Assembly: GCA_032718475.1 (NCBI GenBank) | Contig: JAUCBJ010002998.1 | Location: forward strand, 1-54,550 | DNA: 54,550 nucleotides | Direction: 5' to 3' | Source of the DNA: Nemertoderma westbladi | Lineage: Eukaryota; Animalia; Xenacoelomorpha | Part shown: positions 40,099-51,163 of the stretch, in pieces | Layout: every line of letters begins with the position of its first letter | How positions within the stretch are numbered: position 1 is the stretch's first letter | The notes under the pieces: model-generated | Database searches by the model: none | What the model was told of the DNA's origin: nothing | Seen by the model: the letters and a program-made list of their open reading frames with translations, nothing else | Translations under genes and position numbers: made by a program

Positions 40099-41009
40099 TA
40101 TTCAGAGTTTATGCGATTATCCGCAACATTCATTCCCCAAGTTTGTTCCTACAGTAATTGTGTTTGTTATACATACCGCTATAGTTAAATTAACCCCGGT
40201 ACTACACGGGCTGCTTGGCGTAGGTAAAGACTGGTGATTTTGTGCATCGGTCACTCCAGCAGATGCCGTGGTTCTTTTAGCTGTTCAAGTATATTTAACT
40301 ACTGATTATCTGTTGTACAAGTACTTGTACCTAATTTAGGGTTTAGTGTACAGTGCTTTCCGAGTTGTAAAGTGGTTGATAGGCACGTTCGATTAGCTCT
40401 ATTAACTTCTAGGTAGGAACACTCCGTGATACATAACGTAGAACCTATAGCGATACGGCTATAGGTCGTCAGGCGGTGGTATTTTCCTATCTGGACAACG
40501 CAGTGTATTTACTACTACTCATTATTTCAAATACCGTAGTACCCTGTCCGTTGTAATAACCAGTTTCTAACCCTTTGTTAGGCTGGTTAGTAGACTTCTT
40601 GTAAAATTACCCTAAAAATTCGTATTTTGTGTTTTTTGTAAATTTTTGTGTTTATTTAGAGATTGTAATCTCACCCGAATTGTACGTAATTTGTAGTATT
40701 AAGTAACTTAGGTAAATTAGCATTATTTGTTTTAGTGTCCTATAAGTAACACTTCACTGAAAGCGCACCGCTTTGTGTAGTGATTACTCCCCAGAAATAA
40801 TAACATTTATTTCAAACATTGACAAAACCCATTAAAACGGGTATATATATATTATAAATCAACTCCAACGATTTATAAATAGTAGGCCTGCCATACAACC
40901 ATTAGGTCTCAATATCAGTTGGACTACTGCTTAAATAACGGTAATAAAGTAAGTTAAAGTAACCAAGTAACCCTAAAGTTCAGAAATTCAATTATTCTAA
41001 AATAATTGA

Positions 41010-41240
41010 TATACCGGTATTTACGATAGGCCTATTATAATATTTATATTTGTGCTGAAATCATACCGGTATTCTGTAATTAATTCCAGTTAATAATTAT
41101 ACTTATATATACACTATAAGTGTAAACTGCATACCGGTATCCACGATAGGCCTATTATATATTTATATATATTTGTGCTAAAATTATACCGGTATTCTGT
41201 GATAAACCTAGTCTGTAATAATAGTTATATATACTATAAG
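41010..41240. repeat. ~120-bp tandem duplication upstream of gag
   Basis: ATACCGGTAT..ACGATAGGCCTATTATA...TTTGTGCT.AAAT.ATACCGGTATTCTGT at 41011 and 41131. Confidence 0.8.
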
Positions 41241-41389
41241 CATACCACCGGTATTCTAATATATTATATATATCACGCTACACTGAGTAGCAGTACCGGT
41301 AATTAATTACTAGGCTAGCAGTTAATACTGAGTTACTAGACTTGCTCAGACTGTAATACAGCAGTAGACATTCAACTGTACACATAAGC

Positions 41390-44300
41390 ATGTCTGACGC
41401 AAAGCAGAACCTGTCAGACAGTCTACTAGATACAACCGAGAGCGAAGTGACAGCAGAGAAACCGCATAAGAGAGATGCTATTGACATCTATCTATCAGAC
41501 TATCAACGTTTTTTAGGTGATGACGAGTTGAGGAGAAGGCTGGAGGGGCTTAGCCCTAATAGTGAAGGAACCAAGCTTGTATTGGATGCCATCGATGCGG
41601 AAATGTTAGCTGCGAACCAAGCTAAATTTGATGAATTCCTCCGCATCACTAGAGTCCAAGAAGAACAAGTAAGGAAAAAACGTATAGAAGATAGAAAGAC
41701 AGCAGCAGCGGCAGTGGCAGCGGCAGAAGCGGAAAGAAAGGCAGCAGAGGCAGCGGCAGAGGCAAAAGCGGCAGCTGCAGCAATAAAAGCGGCAGCGGCA
41801 GAGGCAAAAGCGGCAGCTGCAGCCATAGAAGCGGAAAGAAAAGCGGCAGCTGCAGCCGTAGAAGCGGAAAGAAAAGCGGCAGCTGCAGCCGTAGAAGCGG
41901 AAAGGAAAGCGGCAGCGGCAGAAGCGGAAAGAAAGATAGCAGTGGCAGAAGCAGAACGGAGGGCATCTGAAGAGACAACCCAACTAGAGTTGGAAAATCT
42001 TCAAGAGAGGCAAGATAACTTTAATATACAGTTAACAGCTAGTAATATGCAGATGATGAATCGATCTACTCCCAAACGACAAGGTTATACATCATCTGAG
42101 GAAGGCGATACCACCGACACTGAAGGCAAAGGAAATAGATCTCGTCTAAGCAGACGTAAAAGAACATTCCACCGTCAGAAATTGCCTGATTTGCCTCCAG
42201 CTGTTAGAAGGCAACTAAATAACACCAACTTAGGTAGTACAGAGCCCACAGACCAAATAATTAAAATAGAAAGACTCCCTACTATAGTAGATGAGCCTGA
42301 AATAATTAGGCCTGTTCTTGAAATCACCCCTTCGGTAATAGATACACCTGTGCTCCCTGAAGCTACCTATAAATTCCCTCTGCATAGCACTAAGCTACCT
42401 GTGCCCCGTAGAACTGCCCAGGAGACAGTTCAGGTCCTGGACCCCGAGCGAAATATTCCAAATTTGTCGCCCGTTGTCCCTCGTCTGCCCGCTACGACGT
42501 TGGCGGATCCCGTTTCGGCGGTTGATTGGGTAGACGAGAGACGGCGGGGGATGGATATTCTCCTCGGAGAGATGAAGGAGAATCGGATACGCTCCTCCCA
42601 ACAGGTCCGAGAGTTGGAAGGGACTGTCCAACATTTAAAGGGAACAGTGAGGGAAAGTAAGTTAGAGTTGCAAGAAGTGCAGCAAAATATCGCGCTAGAG
42701 CGCGATAAATTAGTAAATTTACAAAAGGGTATACCACCACCCCCTGTAACAATGTGTCAACCCGTTAGGTCTGAAGTATCTCATGCGCAAGGTGTGGAGC
42801 CTACACGCATTTATACTGCTAGCGAAGTAGAAACTCCTATAGTGAACCCTATTAAGGGTAATTATAGACCTGTTGATAATGATATTCCATATAGAACTGA
42901 TCATAATCCGAGAAATTTATATACCGATAACTCGATATTAAATAACACGATGGCCCAAGAAAGTTTTACGCGTCAAATGGCTAGAACCGAAGCCCGGCAA
43001 GCGGTAAAGGTGGGAGAGATCGTCAAGTTCAATGGAGATGAGATGAAATGGTTACCTTTTAATGAATATTATAAAGATAACATACAGAACTCTGTACTAT
43101 CTAACGGAGAGAAACTTAGATTCCTCATCGAATGTTTGGAAGGACCTCCCAAGTCAATGGCGTTAAAATTTATTGGACATCCAGATGGATTAAGACAAGT
43201 TTGGGATACACTAAACATCAGGTATGGTAATAGGACTAACATAGCTAGGTATTTATATGCGAAATTAATGGCGCCCCGAAAGTTTCTTAGCAGCGGGATT
43301 ATAGAGTTTTCCGATGAGATTCAGGAGATCTGTAGACAACTAGATTGGTTAGGTAAGTCTCATGAATACCAGAATTCTATGGTTGTAGGAGCCTTAGCAT
43401 CTACTTTGCCCAAGGGTGGAGTAGGTACACGCTGGGACAAGAAGGTGTTATATCTGATGGAACAACAACGACGAGACCCTACCATGACTGATCTCATGTC
43501 ATTCTTAGATAGAGAAGTGAAATTACAGCTCCTAAGGCAGTCCAGAGAGAAGACATTGGAAAACAAGGTAAGTGAGAAACCCGTTTCTAGGAGAAGGGTA
43601 ACACCAGTATGTTATACCGACGACGGTGAAAGCCAAACTTCTCAAGGAGAGGACAGCGGGAAAGACACTGACAGATCTTATTATGTCAATAAAATGCCTA
43701 AAAATCAGGTAAGTAAATCCGAGTCTCGACCCAATGACAGAAGGGAACCGGTACAAAAAACCCTTCCTACGTCTCCTAAAAGAATTCAGGTGAGAAAGCC
43801 CGAAGAAAGAACAAGTGTGCACCACATAGCACAGGTTAAAGTAAGTAACATCAAGCCGAAATGTGTGCTGTGCGACGGGCCCCACCGTTTAAATGCATGT
43901 GATAAATTCCTGAGGAAATCACTAAAGGATAGACGTGAAGTCATGTGGGATAAGCGGTTGTGTTATAATTGCCTCAGACGAGGACACCAACGGCGAACCT
44001 GTAACTCCGACGCAAGGTGTGCAAAGTGCGGCGCAAAACATCATATCTTGTTGCACACGGAATTCGAACGAAACAGCCCGAGTCAGGTAAGTGAGTCCGA
44101 ACTACATGTCCAATTCAGTGATGTGAACGACACTGATCAATCTGAGATGGAAGGATTCTATACGGACGAGTTCTCCGACCAAAACGAATCCTGTTACCTA
44201 ATAAACACCACCGCAGTGTATCGAGCACTTGTGTATGAGAAAGACACAGACAGCGACCTTACCTTAACTACTTCCGATCAACAACCATCTTGGAAAGCGC

Positions 44301-45601
44301 CAACTTCCAATATAGGAATCCGAGAATTTCCTGTAGTCCAGTTACGGGTCCACGGACCTCAGAAGAGCTATATAGTGAACGCCCTCCTGGACTCCGGTAG
44401 CACAGGAACATTCATAGATAAAGAACTAGACGAAGTCATCTTTGCTGGACAACCCAAGTTCCGAACCAAGCTAAACATGTCAGGGATCATGCAGGTTTGG
44501 AATTCTACTGTAGCTGCCGACTATTATATAGGTGAGTTGTCCACCCCCCAGGACGAACTAGGAGAACATAGCATCAGGTCAGTGAAAATGGTGGCTATAA
44601 AGAACTTCGCTACTACTCAAGCAGACCTTTATAATTGGGACGAGGATGAGAGCATCCAACATCTTAACATACCTCGATTCCAGACTGATTATCCTGGAGT
44701 GCAAATACTCATCGGCCAAAACGCGCATGAGGCGCTGGAGACATTAGAGAAACGGCCTGCTCAACCGCAGCCACTACAGACCTATGCGGTAAGAACTAGA
44801 GTAGGTTGGTACCTTACTGGACCTTCCCGTAGAACGCTCAGGGAAAGACTGCTTCAAGATCGCGTCTGCCAGGTGAGTGAATGGGAAGATGATACTAGTG
44901 AGGGAGACGACCCAACTGAGGGAACACCACACTCCTCAGATAATGACAATCTTAACTCCAATGTAGATCAATGGAGATATTGCCCCAAGACGATGAATCC
45001 AACTGACATCGCTTCCAGAGGAGCAACTCCTCAAGAACTGACAGATACTACAGACCGGTTAGGTGAACCCGACTTCCTGAGTAAGGAGGATGAATGGCCT
45101 CCCCATCTTACTCCGACTGAGATTAGACCAGCCAAGGGAGCGGAGAAAGTTAAACCTAAAACCCGGACGGGTGGAGCGGAGTTATTTGAACCCGGGATAG
45201 ATCTGTCGGTATTACATATTGCCAGGGACGACGCCGTGGATCTGGACCTCCCCACCGCGAGTGGATCCTTCATGAAGATCAGAGAGAGCGAGTGGAGCTC
45301 TGGAACATCAGACGTCTCGCAGGGACTCTCACCTCTCCTGCAGGGAGCGACGGACCACTATAGCTCCTGGAATCGGCTTTGTAAGGCCGTCGTGTACTTA
45401 GAGCGATGTTTCTATCGTCACTATTCCAGGACGAAGAGGAAACCTGGAATTGTATTCGGGATGCAGCGACTCAATCACCCAGTCGGTCGTTTGTGTTTAC
45501 CGGAAGGGAATGGAGGACTCTCCGGAAACTGTGGAAGGCAAGATTCTCTTCCCACGACCACCTCCCTAATCCTTCAAACATCTAGGGACTCCATAACGTA
45601 A
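41390..45601 (+). CDS. BEL/Pao Gag-aspartic protease polyprotein with vestigial RNase H and integrase tails (1403 aa)
   Basis: DUF1759-like Gag (KFNGDEMKW..., EKLRFLIECLEG..., LNIRYG); three knuckles CVLCDGPHRLNAC / CYNCLRRGHQRRTC / CAKCGAKHHILLH; protease ALLDSGSTGTFI...ILIG...RTRVGWYLTGP; then QWRYCP...NPTDIASRG, YSSWNRL and HPVGRLC. No YxDD RT motif and no integrase core. Confidence 0.92.
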   Translation: MSDAKQNLSDSLLDTTESEVTAEKPHKRDAIDIYLSDYQRFLGDDELRRRLEGLSPNSEGTKLVLDAIDAEMLAANQAKFDEFLRITRVQEEQVRKKRIEDRKTAAAAVAAAEAERKAAEAAAEAKAAAAAIKAAAAEAKAAAAAIEAERKAAAAAVEAERKAAAAAVEAERKAAAAEAERKIAVAEAERRASEETTQLELENLQERQDNFNIQLTASNMQMMNRSTPKRQGYTSSEEGDTTDTEGKGNRSRLSRRKRTFHRQKLPDLPPAVRRQLNNTNLGSTEPTDQIIKIERLPTIVDEPEIIRPVLEITPSVIDTPVLPEATYKFPLHSTKLPVPRRTAQETVQVLDPERNIPNLSPVVPRLPATTLADPVSAVDWVDERRRGMDILLGEMKENRIRSSQQVRELEGTVQHLKGTVRESKLELQEVQQNIALERDKLVNLQKGIPPPPVTMCQPVRSEVSHAQGVEPTRIYTASEVETPIVNPIKGNYRPVDNDIPYRTDHNPRNLYTDNSILNNTMAQESFTRQMARTEARQAVKVGEIVKFNGDEMKWLPFNEYYKDNIQNSVLSNGEKLRFLIECLEGPPKSMALKFIGHPDGLRQVWDTLNIRYGNRTNIARYLYAKLMAPRKFLSSGIIEFSDEIQEICRQLDWLGKSHEYQNSMVVGALASTLPKGGVGTRWDKKVLYLMEQQRRDPTMTDLMSFLDREVKLQLLRQSREKTLENKVSEKPVSRRRVTPVCYTDDGESQTSQGEDSGKDTDRSYYVNKMPKNQVSKSESRPNDRREPVQKTLPTSPKRIQVRKPEERTSVHHIAQVKVSNIKPKCVLCDGPHRLNACDKFLRKSLKDRREVMWDKRLCYNCLRRGHQRRTCNSDARCAKCGAKHHILLHTEFERNSPSQVSESELHVQFSDVNDTDQSEMEGFYTDEFSDQNESCYLINTTAVYRALVYEKDTDSDLTLTTSDQQPSWKAPTSNIGIREFPVVQLRVHGPQKSYIVNALLDSGSTGTFIDKELDEVIFAGQPKFRTKLNMSGIMQVWNSTVAADYYIGELSTPQDELGEHSIRSVKMVAIKNFATTQADLYNWDEDESIQHLNIPRFQTDYPGVQILIGQNAHEALETLEKRPAQPQPLQTYAVRTRVGWYLTGPSRRTLRERLLQDRVCQVSEWEDDTSEGDDPTEGTPHSSDNDNLNSNVDQWRYCPKTMNPTDIASRGATPQELTDTTDRLGEPDFLSKEDEWPPHLTPTEIRPAKGAEKVKPKTRTGGAELFEPGIDLSVLHIARDDAVDLDLPTASGSFMKIRESEWSSGTSDVSQGLSPLLQGATDHYSSWNRLCKAVVYLERCFYRHYSRTKRKPGIVFGMQRLNHPVGRLCLPEGNGGLSGNCGRQDSLPTTTSLILQTSRDSIT

Positions 45602-46866
45602 CAACATATGGAGTGGGTGTGTGACTCTATTATTTTATATTATTTTATTATTTTTATATTTCTGTATGTATTACTATGTAATTTTATTATAATCGTTTTC
45701 TTTAATTTTATTCAGTAGAATGTTATTTTAGCGATTATTTAGTAGATTAGTGCAATATATATTCGCGTTTATTACTTAATTACGTATATATTATATTTAA
45801 TGCGACGGCAAGAAATAATTCTTTTCCTCTTTCTTTACTGTCCGTATCATATTATAAATACGTGACTACAGTAAGATGAAATGTCCGTACTTATTAAAGT
45901 ACAATAAAGCCACTACTATATTTAAGTATTATTGGTAGGCAGAGTATTAGGAATGCAAAGTTCAGATCCTCGTGTCTCGGCTAAACCAAGCTCTGGGTAG
46001 ACCTTGGAAACGACTTGCCTCTTCACACTGACATTGCTTCGTGCGATATTGCTCTCATACCGTATATTAAATAATACATATAGTAGCGTGATGTCCCTTT
46101 AACAGCCTTTTTTTAACAGCCTTGCCATTTTTACGCAATTTATAAAATTCCCAAAATTCCATTAATTAATAGATCAAGGGAGCGGAGATTTATCTTATTA
46201 TGCATATGAGTGTGCGAAAGTCTCCCAAACATAGTCAATAGCCGATAAAATTCATAAAGTCATGTATAAAACAGAACATTGACTATTAAAGAATACTATT
46301 AAATAACATCCCAGATCTGTATGCATTGGAATCACCCTAATTCTACCGCTAGCTTTGCATAATGTCACCATAGCAACAACCACGCTAGAATTAGAATTGA
46401 GTTAAAAGAACAATAGAAAGCTTGTCCCATTGAATAGCATAGGGAATAAATAGTGCACTGATAGTATCCAAGGATACATAATAATACAGTGACATTCTGG
46501 AAGGCATTGACTAACGGACAAGTGACCCGAGTGTGTGTAATTTGTGACCAGTTGTGTGGTATTTGTGAGTTTATAGGTGAATGTTACTGCTAAGGTGTGT
46601 TTACAGTAGCTAGTCGCAATCGTAAAAGTAACCTAACTCTCCAAGGAAAACCTGAAGTACATCTAAGCCTTTGGGACGGACAGTTGAGTGACTTGTGCCG
46701 GTTGTCGTTGTCGTTGTGCGGCTACGTCGTTGGCGAAAGTACAGCGGCGACGACACATCGGCGCTGAGGATCTCGTACTGTCCGGGGGTTGATTGGGGTA
46801 GGCAGCGACGCCCGCTCGCCTAAATGTGGACTCATTATAATATGGATAAACTCATATATAGCAGAT

Positions 46867-47172
46867 ATGACGGAGTTGATAGAAGATGGTCTTGGTATCG
46901 GGGAGCGATATACTCTACTTTTACAAGCGTTTGTTGATAGCTTAATACGCGGCGACGTTAGTCCAACTGCTGCGGAGGACGATGGTCGTTATATCGAACC
47001 GCCAATGTCCCAAGAGCAGCTCACGCGTGAGTTGGACTATAGAAAATTCGCTGCTCGATATACGCAGCGTAATGGTACGTATATGGGCTTCTTAACTACT
47101 GGTCATCCTATCGATTTACACAATACGGACTATGTCGACTATATATCCTGCCCAGCGGAGTCGGAACCATAA
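46867..47172 (+). CDS. Short hypothetical ORF (101 aa) in the retroelement 3' region
   Basis: ATG at 46867 in a GC-richer, protein-like segment; no recognisable motif. Confidence 0.2.
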   Translation: MTELIEDGLGIGERYTLLLQAFVDSLIRGDVSPTAAEDDGRYIEPPMSQEQLTRELDYRKFAARYTQRNGTYMGFLTTGHPIDLHNTDYVDYISCPAESEP

Positions 47173-48230
47173 ACTGAAATTCGAATGCGAAAATTCTATT
47201 CGAAATCGACTCGAAAGAAAAGACACTAAAGAAACAAATGGACGCGGTAACTCCAACGTATATTTGGAATTCTTGATAGAAGCATTGTAACAACAAATAA
47301 ATATCACCCGCGTTTACCCTACCAGACGTGCGTCTTTGGTATTATTACGATAAATGCCCTAGACCCAACTAATAAACGGAAAGACATAAACATCCACGTA
47401 AACCGAAACTTGTTGACGTATCACCTATGCTCACTCGGCTCGAACGATCCTGGAGTAAACCTACGATCAGAGTCCCGGAATACTCGGTCAAACCTCCTCA
47501 TTCCTTAGTTGGACCTCAGACCTGCGATCCTGGTGGTGTCGCGGATCCTCGCGGACTGTATTCACTGTTCAAAGATCTAGTGCTACCCTAACAATTAATC
47601 GGTAACACTCCGACAGTGATTTCTAGCTAGCCGCCCATCTTACCTAGCCGGATTGTGACGCGGACACCTAATATCACTATCCAACCGTATGGTCGTCCCC
47701 GTTTAACGCGATACAACCCCTCATCAAGGTGAAGGAGAGCGTTGTACGAAACGAGTTAAACGCTATTCTATAAAGATCAAAAAAGAAACCTGCGTTTGTT
47801 CAGATAAACGTAAGTTATAACAGTAAGTCCAATCGATAAACGAATTGGCCTTATCTCAATTCGATTGGGAAATCCAGAATCTCTAAGAAGTTATCGAACT
47901 TGGACGATCCTATTCTCTGCGAGAGTTTTTGGATGAACGTATCCAGCTACGAGCGGAGGAAAATCAGCTCGAGGAGAAGCATATCGAAACGGCAGATACC
48001 TCGACCATAATCCTACACCTTCTGATGCAATCATATTGCACCCTTCACCCAGGAGTTATGGCCCTCCTAGTAAAGTGGCTCCCCCCAAAGAGAAAAAGAC
48101 TCTTGCTAGCCTCAAAAAACTGCGTAAACGCCGTCTGCGTAAGAAAGACTAACTGTTTAGAGTATCTTTATGTTTTAGAAACTGTGATTTTTATATTTTA
48201 TAGACTGAAAATCCCATTTTCTGGGAGCGG

Positions 48231-49444
48231 TGTAAAAGCTTTTGCTGAATTGTCCGGTTATTTTTCCTTATTTTTCCCGTAAAATACTCTGTAGTTGGTT
48301 TACCAGGCATAAAAAGGCCGTGTCCTTGCTGTACTGGTGTTTTAGCGGACATAAAAGCTATTTCTTCTGTATTTGTACTTTAGAGGACATAATCCGTAAT
48401 TCCGTGACGTAAAAGCTCGATACTCTTGAAAACAGTGTCGCTACCATGACGACGGCTAGCAGCTGATATTGCCACGTCGACGTTTCTTTGTTTCTTTGTT
48501 CTCTCGTTGTTCAGGTTGACCAATCAGAGCGTTTGTTGTCTCTGTGTTGGAGGTGTATACAGAAACTCAGTAGTTCAGTGTTATGTTTTGCCCAGAGCCT
48601 AAGAACCGGCTTTTGGCACCTCCGTGTTTTCAGTTTTTAGTCCTACACTAGTAGGCTTAATTATAAGGACATATATCCGTTATCTGATGTCTGATGACTG
48701 ATGTCCATAGCATACTGCATACTGCAGTACTGCATACACTGCATACTGTGTAACACTGTGCATACTTTTATATTGTTATACTGCTATTTACTGTCAGTTC
48801 TTCATAATATGGTTGATGAATTATTATATTTGGAATAACGACAAATAACCCCGAAAACCCAATATTCTTGATATACCGAAGGTAAGAGAGAAAGGTTACA
48901 GATAAATGATTGCGACCTATGTTGAGTGGTTTGAAGTGAATCTAATGTTATTTGATAGACCCTACATGATTCGGTCCGTGTTCCTTTTATATGTGACTAA
49001 AATCAGTGAAGATCGGCAGATCAGTGTGCAGTATTGTGCAGCATTGTGTATGAGTGAGACTGATAACGAAGCATTTCCTAAAGAATGCGCCATATATGTG
49101 AATTGTAACTAAGCCATATCGTTGTGAGTAGTTTAAGTCATAACTCTGTTTATATAGATAGAGCGCCACGTCCTAAAGGAACTGTTAATATTTCCCGAAG
49201 GTGAATAATATTGTCAGAGATTATATAATACTGTCAGTCGAATAATACATTAGGCTTACATAGCAATAAAATTAAGCCGTCGAACCCAATCTCCCGGGTA
49301 TATCCAACGGGTGAATGATCGCGCACAGATTGGTTTCGACTAGTGTAGTGAATTAAATACTTGTCATAGGCTAAAGGTGATTTATTATCTAGAAGACATC
49401 CTAATTTGGCGGGTTAAACTGCCAAAGGTCTGAAAGCGCGAACA
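48231..49444 (+). repeat. 3' LTR (start inferred; 48961-49444 firmly matched)
   Basis: TGT at 48231 follows GAAAATCCCATTTTCTGGGAGCGG, a BEL-like pre-LTR/PPT context. CCAAT box at ~48520, AATAAA at ~49265, and the repeat ends in ACA. Confidence 0.6.
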
Positions 49445-49863
49445 GAGAGGAAGCGAGCAGAGTGGAGTAGGGGGGGCGGGCCGTACCTGAAATCGCGAAG
49501 GGCCTGAGCGCGTGGGCGCGAGGATTGATTCAAGGTAAGAACCCGGGCCTTAAATGTGCAGGAAATTACCACGGACAATACCTTGGGTACTAGTGAACGG
49601 AAAGTGAAGTACCGGCGCAGCGGTAAGTCTCGTTTGCCTGACGTGAAATTCGGGCTCGGTTCAACCGTCTTCTTAAATCTTCAGCTCAGCAGCTCTCTTC
49701 ATTTTTTTCGTTCTTCTAAAACATATTACCCTGGCAACCCACACCACACCACTGCCGCGCCAAGCAACCCAAGTATTAAATGTTTTGTTACTACTGAAGA
49801 CTGAGCGCGAATGCATTATTATTATTATTATTATTATTATTTATAGCTTTGGGTGATGTTATA

Positions 49864-49948
49864 TTAATTCAGATTCAAGTAAACTTATACTAGTGGGTTT
49901 GTTGCATTCTAAATGTATATCCGTTCTAACTGGTGTGAAATTATGGGG
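49864..49948 (+). pseudogene. 85-bp duplicated fragment of the WD40 coding sequence
   Basis: Matches 51696-51780 with one visible mismatch. Confidence 0.9.
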
Positions 49949-49967
49949 TAACACGGAGGTTATTAGT

Positions 49968-50275
49968 TGTGGGGCGAGCGACGAAAGTAAGCGAGCTTAG
50001 CATACAGGTACCACTAACTCAATCGGTGTGTCTGTTGATCTGTTGTTCTGTTGTGGGGCGAGCCACGAAGTGAGTGAGCGAGCCTTAGTGTAGGGGTGTC
50101 ATTAATCAACCTGTGGGGCGAGCCACGAAGTGAGTGAGCCTTAGCGTAGTGGTACCATTAATCAACCTGTGGGGCAAGCCACGAAGTGAGTGAGCCTTAG
50201 CGTAGTGGTACCATTAATCAACCTGTGGGGCGAGCCACGAAGTGAGTGAGCCTAAGCGTAGTGGTACCATTAATT
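49968..50275. repeat. 56-bp unit, 5 copies (Helentron-like end motif)
   Basis: TGTGGGGCGAGCCACGAAGTGAGTGAGCCTTAGCGTAGTGGTACCATTAATCAACC at 50112, 50168 and 50224; diverged copies at 49968 and 50052; single copy at 3344. Confidence 0.9.
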
Positions 50276-50439
50276 CCTATTAACCATACCTGGCTTCGCC
50301 TATTGAAGGCATCAGTAGTTATAAAGATCGTCCGTCAGTCTGCGTTTAGGAAATATGTTTAAATACAAAACAGGACGAGCACAACGACGTTTATAATAAT
50401 GAATACGAGTACTGCCTACTGCGTTGATTATATTCCTAT

Positions 50440-50841
50440 AAACCATACATGGCTTCGCCTATTGAAGGCATCTGTAGTTATAAAGTACTGGTGGGTGGGA
50501 AGGGTGGGGGGGGGGGGGGGGGGGGGGGTTGCAGATTAAAAGGTGTGAACACGTACTGTCCCCCTTTCTTTGATTGATTGGTGGTGTGGGTAAATTTCTC
50601 AAAACCTGATTTTGTGATACAGTCGCTCAATTTTAATCTGTATCTGATAACTGAGCCTCGTCCTGCGCGATGGCCCCACGAACGTGTTAGTCATACATAT
50701 CTGTTTGTGAATTATGATAATTGACAATGACGGCACTAATGATAATATTTATGAAATGTAATATAATGGGACATGGTACTGTATTACATGCTTACCAAGC
50801 AAACTTCGCATCCATCTTTGATAACTATTAATTCTTCTGAT
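50440..50841 (+). repeat. Partial tandem duplication of the WD40 upstream and 5' coding region
   Basis: 50440-50582 resembles 50882-51014, and 50737-50841 equals 51128-51232 (including the ATG and first 22 codons). Confidence 0.88.
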
Positions 50842-51163
50842 ACCGCATGGTTACACCTCAAACTGTATCGTATAAAACTGTAAACCATACCTAAACCCGC
50901 CTATTGAAGGCATCTGTAGTTATAAAGTACTGGTGGGTGGGAAGGGTGGGGGGGAGGGGGTTGCAGATTAAAAGGTGTGAACACGTACTGTCCCCCTTTC
51001 TTTGATTGATTGGTTGGAGTTGCGATAGGACGTTGACCTATGTACAGTATAATTATACTGAACTATTAAGTATATAAAATAACCAAAATTGTCTGGTTTG
51101 TAATATTTGCCCTTCACCATAATAATGTAATGATAATATTTATGAAATGTAATATAATGGGAC

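Larger units (their letters stand above)
38674..49444 (+). mobile_element. BEL/Pao LTR retrotransposon, non-autonomous (Gag-protease only), 5' end truncated by the satellite
   Basis: Identical 484-bp direct repeats ending in ...GAACA flank a BEL/Pao-type ORF. Confidence 0.9.

Noticed and set aside
41503-45273. Antisense ORFs within the retroelement ORF and alternative-frame ORFs in the channel genes
   Set aside because: Shadows of real coding sequence or of the low-complexity Ala repeat.
41390-45601. Domesticated Gag host gene
   Set aside because: It is still flanked by identical LTR copies, which points to recent transposition rather than domestication.
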